IMG/VR virus record: IMGVR_UViG_3300006735_000014
Reading direction: 5' to 3' (one strand)
Source: an uncultured virus (IMG/VR IMGVR_UViG_3300006735_000014)
Lineage: Duplodnaviria > Heunggongvirae > Uroviricota > Caudoviricetes
Length of the DNA stretch: 64,000 nt
This document shows, piece after piece, positions 57,888-64,000 of the stretch (position 1 is its first letter; each line of letters opens with the position of its first letter). Made by a program: the position numbers and the translations under genes. The notes beneath the pieces were generated by a model that worked only from the letters and a program-made list of their open reading frames with translations, was not told where the DNA came from and did not search any database.

Positions 57888-59234
57888 TTAAACTACTTTC
57901 TCGGTCATATTTATCATGTCATGCATAGATTTACCTGCTTTAATTTTAACTGGAAATTTATTATTTGTCATAGTATTCTTTAATTTAATAATTAGGTCTC
58001 TTCCGTCTTTAATATTAAAATCAAATAGCAATGAATCATATGTATATAAAATTAGTTTAGTATCATATGGTCCTAACAATGCATTTACTTCATTCATTAC
58101 AGCCATATTATATTCAGTTTCCATACTTTGTAAATAATAATTAAATAATTTACTTGGGTTCATATCAGACATTGCAGTTTTAAATAACTTTCTTTTTAAT
58201 ATAGCTGTTTCCATATATCCTTTAGATTGGAATTCTTTCCACAATTTATAAGTAAAATCTTTTACTTTACCAAAGAATGTAATTTTTGCAAAATCTTTAT
58301 CAACACCTCCATATAATAATCGGAATGATATTTGTTTACTTTGTTCATATTCTTCTTCTGATAATTTATCTTTTCCAAAATATTGTTTACCTAAATATGT
58401 ATGAACATTTTCTTTTCCAAAATCATAATCTATAATATCTCCAATTAATCGTAAATGGTAAGAGTCATAGTCTAACTCTAATAACATACCATATTCATGT
58501 CTTGATATAAATGATTTTCTAGATCCATCTATTTTATTTATGGCAGCATAATTTACACCACCATGTTTATTTGAAGGACGTCCTGTGGTTGTATAAATAT
58601 TATATTCTGTATATGCCGTTTTTCCAACTAAATTATTTGTTTGGAATTTTTCTACAAATTTATCATAATTAACTTTTAATCCATTTCTTTCAATTGCATA
58701 TAAGTTATCTATAAATAATTCGTTATAATAATCAAATCCATCTGTACGCTTAAATGTAGAATATGATTGTATAAATTTATTTTTCATTGCAGAACATCTT
58801 TCATAATGTTTAACTATAGGAACATAATCATGCACATTGGTTTCATTATAGTACCATTTATTATACCAATCATGAGCATTTGTATCACAATCTTCTAATT
58901 GTAACATTTGATTTGATTGAAAATATTCAACTAAATCTGCATCATAGGTCTTATGATGGTAGAAATTTACAAAGCGTTTCTTCCCCAAAACATATATATC
59001 AGCCTTACTTGTAAGCCTGTTTAGATGTTCGGATTCTAGGCATATACAATCCTTATGACGGAATGGTACAATATATTCTTTTTTAGTATCCATAACATAT
59101 ATATAAACAAAACTTATTTCATTATTCACATAATGTTTATATAAATCAGAAAATACTGGTATCCACAAACTATTAGATGTCTGTAATGCTTGATGTAGCT
59201 CTTGTAACCTTTTTTTGTCTTCTACAATTTTCAT
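57888..59234 (-). CDS. Short, divergent family A DNA polymerase
   Basis: TTGRPS, motif A DYDSYHLRL, motif B KQISFRLLYG, NYYLQS, motif C YTYDSLLFD; only 448 aa. Confidence 0.85.
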   Translation of the reverse strand: MKIVEDKKRLQELHQALQTSNSLWIPVFSDLYKHYVNNEISFVYIYVMDTKKEYIVPFRHKDCICLESEHLNRLTSKADIYVLGKKRFVNFYHHKTYDADLVEYFQSNQMLQLEDCDTNAHDWYNKWYYNETNVHDYVPIVKHYERCSAMKNKFIQSYSTFKRTDGFDYYNELFIDNLYAIERNGLKVNYDKFVEKFQTNNLVGKTAYTEYNIYTTTGRPSNKHGGVNYAAINKIDGSRKSFISRHEYGMLLELDYDSYHLRLIGDIIDYDFGKENVHTYLGKQYFGKDKLSEEEYEQSKQISFRLLYGGVDKDFAKITFFGKVKDFTYKLWKEFQSKGYMETAILKRKLFKTAMSDMNPSKLFNYYLQSMETEYNMAVMNEVNALLGPYDTKLILYTYDSLLFDFNIKDGRDLIIKLKNTMTNNKFPVKIKAGKSMHDMINMTEKVV

Positions 59235-59238
59235 TAAT

Positions 59239-59270
59239 TAATTATAATGAATTTTTTTCAAATAACCAAA
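59239..59270 (-). promoter_or_regulatory. Host-sigma-type promoter TTTG-N20-TATAATTA upstream of the family A polymerase
   Basis: 20-nt spacer; fills the intergenic gap. Confidence 0.55.
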
Positions 59271-60125
59271 TTAATAGCCAGAAGATTGTCCACCACCGGC
59301 TGAGTCTTTAGATCTTGCTTGTTGCATTGCATGTTGTCCTGGAGTCATTAATTTATCATGTGCAACTTTATTACTATGTTTTTTACCTCGCATTGGACCC
59401 ATTTGCGAATGAATATGATAATAACCTATATATGGAGTTCCGTCTGGTAATACAAACTCTGATCCATCTGTATGAAGATTATCCTGTTGTTGACCTGCAG
59501 GTCCATCTCCACGTATTTTATTATACGGTGAATGTTGAGTTAAGTCTCGTAATGCATCTGAAAGACCTGGCATTTTCATATTTTGTGCAAATGCCGTCCT
59601 TCTATTTGTAGATTCTATTCCATATGATTTAATTCGTGTTTTTTCTTTATCATGATATATATCATAACGAGGTCCTGCTATTTTCCATCTAATGGATATT
59701 TTATCGTATATAAATCCATTAATATTTTTACCATCTTTTGATTTAACATCTTTATATTGTTTTTTATCAATTTCAATTACTGGTTTATCAAGATCATTTT
59801 TTTGTTTAATAAAATATCTCATCATATAACCATTTGCAAGATCATTTGGTCCAGGTCCGGGTGTTTTATAAATAGGTGATTTGAATTCATATAAATTCTG
59901 TGTTGTTAATAAATCGTATACAATTATATCACGAGTAGTAGTTGGAGCTTGATATTTTCGTAATACAATTGAATCATCATTAGGATATGCTCCAGTCATT
60001 ACTAATTCATAATTACCAAAATAATGATATGGACCTGCATACTCATTGCCACTGAAATCCATAAACTCTTTACCATGAGTATGGTTTCCATAATGTCTAT
60101 CTTTTTTTGCGTAATATCTTGCCAT
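59271..60125 (-). CDS. Hypothetical protein at the end of the tail gene run, with a duplicated G.EF...G..Y.G.YH module
   Basis: HGKEFMDFSGNEYAGPYH near the N-terminus and DGSEFVLPDGTPYIGYYH near the C-terminus. Confidence 0.65.
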   Translation of the reverse strand: MARYYAKKDRHYGNHTHGKEFMDFSGNEYAGPYHYFGNYELVMTGAYPNDDSIVLRKYQAPTTTRDIIVYDLLTTQNLYEFKSPIYKTPGPGPNDLANGYMMRYFIKQKNDLDKPVIEIDKKQYKDVKSKDGKNINGFIYDKISIRWKIAGPRYDIYHDKEKTRIKSYGIESTNRRTAFAQNMKMPGLSDALRDLTQHSPYNKIRGDGPAGQQQDNLHTDGSEFVLPDGTPYIGYYHIHSQMGPMRGKKHSNKVAHDKLMTPGQHAMQQARSKDSAGGGQSSGY

Positions 60126-62182
60126 TATTTTTCTATCCTACATATTGTTTCAACTTCGGTTGTCCACTGATTTGGTGTTAATTCATGTATTGTTTTTTTA
60201 ACAGTAAATACTATATTTATGTTATTTGTATAATATCGTGAAGGTGCTAAATTAGTTATACATGCATTACCAAATTGAATACCTGCAATACCTTCTAATG
60301 TTGCTGACATTTCTAATGGATACATATCTTTTCTGAATCCAGCTTTATCACTATGTTCAAATGCAGATTCTACATATGATTTTAAATTTGATTTTGCTGC
60401 AGATATTGACTCTTCATTATATCCTGTATCATGTATTACTTCACGAGATTCAATTAAACTATTTCGTATCTTAGCTTTATTTACTAATGTTACTACTTGT
60501 TCTCCTTTAATAACTTCTACTGCTGCATTCTTTTTTCCTGAAGCTGTTCCTGTTCCTCCTACGAATGCCGCGGCTGCCATATCTTTTGGAACTTTACCAG
60601 TTAATTGTACATTCCTGGTAGAATTATCTCCACCTGCATGTCCGCCTGCATTAAATTCTAATTTTGGAGTTTGTCCTGCAGAACCTGGAACCCAATTTCT
60701 GTCTACTACATACATGTATTTATCACCTCCAGCTTCTCCATAATGAGATGCCTGTTCGGGTGTCATTTGAGTTACTGTTAAATCCCATGCTCCTCCAGTA
60801 TGATTATATATTTCTGAAAATAATTTATTTAAAAATTTTCCTATTCCTATCTTTGAACCTTCGCCACCCATTTCAGAAGCTCCAGCTATACTTCTTAATA
60901 AATCTCTAGAGATTAATGTATTTGCAATTTTTGCTGTTCCTGTGCCATCCATTACCAAAGGATTTGGAAAATTCTTACCCCATATCTTTGATGCACCAAA
61001 AAATCGTCCAATAGCTCCTCCACCTGTACCTCCGTAATGAGATGAACCTCTTGAGTCTGTACCTCGTATTAATATTTTCATAGGATTAGCAGAAAATAAT
61101 TTATCATATTCTTTACCTATAGTAACATTGTTATTACATACATATTGGATGCCTTGTACATCTACATTTTGACTTTCAATGTTTCCTTGTAATAAATCTT
61201 TATTAATTAGTTTATTAATAACATATCCTAATGATGCAAATATAACATTACCACCTACCATATTATCATTTGCAGGTTCTGGAGCTGCATCTGGACAATC
61301 ACATCCTGCTATATGTGCTACACCTCCCATACCAGGATAAACATATCCTTCATCTTCATCTAAGTCTTCATGATCATCCATTCTATCTTGTACATCATAA
61401 TCAAATACATCAAATATATTAACACAGGTTTGAGTTTCATTTAATCCTGCAAAATCAGAAGTAAATTCTCTTCCGTCATCAGCTAATTTTGAATTAACAT
61501 TTAATTCTGTAATTAAGTTTCCTTTTCCTACAGCTTTTATTTCACAATCATAACCTAATTCATTATTCATTTTAAATGAATAATCATATACTACTCCTGA
61601 AAATTCATCATTATTTGCTGGTCCAGAAACTCCTACTCTACCATATGCTATATTAACATCTGTTCCTGGTATCATATAAATCTTTTCAAATTCTTCAAAT
61701 GATTGTTTATCAAAACATTTTATTTGTAAAATACATTTTACTAAAGATCCATAATCACCAGACATTTCAACTGTAAATTTTTGGATAGCAGGAGATGGTC
61801 TTCCAGATGTTGTAGCATATCTAGATGATAAACTTGTATCAGCCAATGTAGATATTTGTCCTTCAGCTGCAATTTTGTGACCAACAACTCGTTGTTTGGT
61901 TTCCATAGCTTCAGATTCTTTAGCTTCTCCAAATAAAACATTTGATGCACCTCTTCCTAATAAAATGTCGGTTGCGCCACGACCTGCAGTTCCAAGACCG
62001 TCTTTAATTGCTTGGCCTGTATCTAGATCCTGATAGTTTTGTGTTACTGGTTCTGTTCTTCTTGCATTAATAGAAATATAACAACCGTTAACTTTTCGGC
62101 TTTCTACATAACCAAGGCCTTTTCGTCGGTCAAGTTCATCTCGTACAAACTCTTGGGCAGCTGAATAAAATACTCCTGCCAT
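60125..62182 (-). CDS. Putative baseplate hub / tail structural protein
   Basis: 685 aa; IQKFTVEMSG...FSGVVYDYSF...DCEIKAVG and C-terminal LEMSATLEGIAGI...HEL...WTTEVET resemble hub beta-barrels; follows a LysM-like gene. Inference. Confidence 0.5.
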   Translation of the reverse strand: MAGVFYSAAQEFVRDELDRRKGLGYVESRKVNGCYISINARRTEPVTQNYQDLDTGQAIKDGLGTAGRGATDILLGRGASNVLFGEAKESEAMETKQRVVGHKIAAEGQISTLADTSLSSRYATTSGRPSPAIQKFTVEMSGDYGSLVKCILQIKCFDKQSFEEFEKIYMIPGTDVNIAYGRVGVSGPANNDEFSGVVYDYSFKMNNELGYDCEIKAVGKGNLITELNVNSKLADDGREFTSDFAGLNETQTCVNIFDVFDYDVQDRMDDHEDLDEDEGYVYPGMGGVAHIAGCDCPDAAPEPANDNMVGGNVIFASLGYVINKLINKDLLQGNIESQNVDVQGIQYVCNNNVTIGKEYDKLFSANPMKILIRGTDSRGSSHYGGTGGGAIGRFFGASKIWGKNFPNPLVMDGTGTAKIANTLISRDLLRSIAGASEMGGEGSKIGIGKFLNKLFSEIYNHTGGAWDLTVTQMTPEQASHYGEAGGDKYMYVVDRNWVPGSAGQTPKLEFNAGGHAGGDNSTRNVQLTGKVPKDMAAAAFVGGTGTASGKKNAAVEVIKGEQVVTLVNKAKIRNSLIESREVIHDTGYNEESISAAKSNLKSYVESAFEHSDKAGFRKDMYPLEMSATLEGIAGIQFGNACITNLAPSRYYTNNINIVFTVKKTIHELTPNQWTTEVETICRIEK

Positions 62183-62183
62183 G

Positions 62184-62489
62184 TTATCTCTCCGATTGTT
62201 TAATTTTTAATAACGAATGTAGTTCACGTCTTGAAGGAATACGCAATCTTATTCCTGCAGGGACCATTAATGTACCTTTACCTATATGATTTGCTTGTGC
62301 TAATACCCACCACTGAGATGAATCTTCATAATATTCATATGCAAGATTATCTAACCTATCTCCTTCTCGTGCAATAATATAATAATCTTGATCAGTAGCC
62401 GCAACCTTTGGTGGTAATGCGGACATATGAGTCTTACGCTTTTTCTTAGTATCTAACTTTTCATCAATAATGTATTTATATCTATTCAT
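62184..62489 (-). CDS. LysM-like baseplate wedge / tail X-type protein
   Basis: REGDRLDNLAYEYYEDSSQWWVLAQAN...GIRLRIP. Confidence 0.8.
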   Translation of the reverse strand: MNRYKYIIDEKLDTKKKRKTHMSALPPKVAATDQDYYIIAREGDRLDNLAYEYYEDSSQWWVLAQANHIGKGTLMVPAGIRLRIPSRRELHSLLKIKQSER

Positions 62490-62499
62490 AAATTATCTC

Positions 62500-63999
62500 C
62501 TAATCAAATGGGTTCAAGAAATTAATAACTTTTTTACCTCCGGATTTTACACCATCATATGCTTTACTTGCCAATCCAGATATTTGTTTAGATGCTGCAT
62601 TATCTCCTGATTGGTCACCTGGGATAAAGAAATCTAATAATCCATCTCCTGCATCAACTACTCCGCCTACTACATCTCCTGCTACATCATTAAACATGTT
62701 ATATGGTTCATCTGCAATAGATGATACTCCTTCTGGCAATCCTTCAACTAAATCATCTACTGCATCAAACTGTGATGGTTGTTTTCCATCTGCTGCGCCC
62801 TTAGCTACATTAGATCCTCTAAATTTTGCAATGTCATAGAATTTTGCACCGTCTTGAGGAATTTCAGAACCTATATATGCAAATTCTATAGTTACATTAC
62901 AATATAATGGTAAACGTTTTCCAGCTGTTATTTCCCATGGTACTTCTGGATCTAAATCAATTCCTACACTTGTTATATAACATGGCATACCATTAAACAT
63001 ATCTCCTAATGTTAATTCAACAAATGTTCCAGTATATCCATTACCTACATATTTAGGAGCAGTAAATCCTGCTAATACATTTAACTTATCCCACATTGGA
63101 ACTAATTCACCTGCTGATGCGGCTGCAATTGTTAAATCTAAAGATACTGTTCTTGCAAATCCTGTATATATTATTTTTGGATCTGCTCTACCAATTTCTT
63201 TTTCTTGACTCCATTCTGGTGAAAATGAATCACTTATAGAATTAATTCCAGCTCTCCAATATAATGCATCTCCGCCTCCTTGTCGAGTAATAAAAAATGG
63301 AACCATATCTTCTTTACTTGGACTTCCTCCCACTCCTAATAAATTTAATTCATCTGGTTGGTTGGCTCCACCATATCCTAATTGGTCTCTACTACGAGTT
63401 GATATCTCATTTCTTATACCATTGCTAATAGCTCTTCTAAATTCTTGTATCTTCTTTGTTCCTGTTACAATACCTGATTGCTTTGCAGCTGCTCTTATTT
63501 CTGCATAGTTCATGTAATTGTATACTAATGGTGTACCAGCTGAAGTTTTTGGTTTTCCTCCTACTTGTCTAATATTACCTGTGTCGTCTGGTCTTGCTTT
63601 TTCATTTTGTAATGGATCTAATTTGGCTAATATTTCTTGATCAACTGTTGTAAGATCTTTTGTTGATTGTCCTGAAATTGATTGTTGACCAACTGATGGT
63701 GATGCTCCTACTTTTGGCGAAGAAGGACTATATAGTTGAGTAACTGGTATTTGATTATACATTGGTATTATGGTTGGATCATCTACACCATATACATATG
63801 CAAATACATTACCTAAATCATCTCCTGATTCTAATTGACCATATTTTTGTTTTAAACTAATATAATCATGTGGTCCACCATCATCAATTTGATCTCTTGT
63901 ATTACCTGTAAAGAATTTTAAATCTGGAGTAAAGTAATTAAATATTGCCTCTCCAACTTTAACTGCATTAAGTCCTGAAACATCTTTACTTGATATAAG
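62500..63999 (-). CDS. Putative tail-tube-initiator/baseplate protein; partial, starts beyond the window end
   Basis: The frame stays open from 63762 to 63999 (manual check); ISDSFSPEW...GRADP...YTGFARTVS...LTLGD...CYITSV pattern upstream of the LysM-like gene. Confidence 0.55.
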   Translation of the reverse strand, partial: LISSKDVSGLNAVKVGEAIFNYFTPDLKFFTGNTRDQIDDGGPHDYISLKQKYGQLESGDDLGNVFAYVYGVDDPTIIPMYNQIPVTQLYSPSSPKVGASPSVGQQSISGQSTKDLTTVDQEILAKLDPLQNEKARPDDTGNIRQVGGKPKTSAGTPLVYNYMNYAEIRAAAKQSGIVTGTKKIQEFRRAISNGIRNEISTRSRDQLGYGGANQPDELNLLGVGGSPSKEDMVPFFITRQGGGDALYWRAGINSISDSFSPEWSQEKEIGRADPKIIYTGFARTVSLDLTIAAASAGELVPMWDKLNVLAGFTAPKYVGNGYTGTFVELTLGDMFNGMPCYITSVGIDLDPEVPWEITAGKRLPLYCNVTIEFAYIGSEIPQDGAKFYDIAKFRGSNVAKGAADGKQPSQFDAVDDLVEGLPEGVSSIADEPYNMFNDVAGDVVGGVVDAGDGLLDFFIPGDQSGDNAASKQISGLASKAYDGVKSGGKKVINFLNPFD

Positions 64000-64000
64000 T

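Overview
This very AT-rich window is read as part of a large tailed dsDNA phage genome, probably a jumbo myovirus. Essentially every real gene lies on the minus strand and translates intact in the standard code. No rRNA, tRNA, CRISPR array or IS element was seen. From high to low coordinates (transcription order) it holds: (1) tail/baseplate-like genes (59.3-64 kb); (2) a T4-like replication block with an atypical short family-A polymerase, gp32-like SSB, RecA/UvsX, 5'-3' exonuclease, DnaB-like helicase, class II RNR, family-B polymerase, sliding clamp and two clamp-loader subunits; (3) interleaved with it, a 7-deazaguanine pathway (queD, queE, folE, no queC/queF in the window), an HPRT, and a three-gene unit of unknown protein + GT-B glycosyltransferase + TGT/DpdA-like transglycosylase, plus GroEL and GroES; (4) a ~22 kb glycosylation island (11.3-33.6 kb) with about 11 glycosyltransferases, NDP-sugar enzymes, two AsnB-like amidotransferases, a PNP and a cytidylyltransferase; (5) putative virion-packaged proteins sharing an MIKLKxLLxE-type N-terminus, a DNA ligase and a secreted Bacteroidota-style protein. 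Two intergenic motif classes recur. One is TT(T/A)G-N20-TATxTTxA, resembling the Bacteroidota primary-sigma promoter and pointing to a Bacteroidota host. The other is ATATTTATA(T/A)T, a candidate late promoter. The best candidate for an undescribed system is a QueC-less, possibly glycosylated 7-deazaguanine DNA modification coupled to the replisome. All calls come from motif recognition by eye; no database searches were run.
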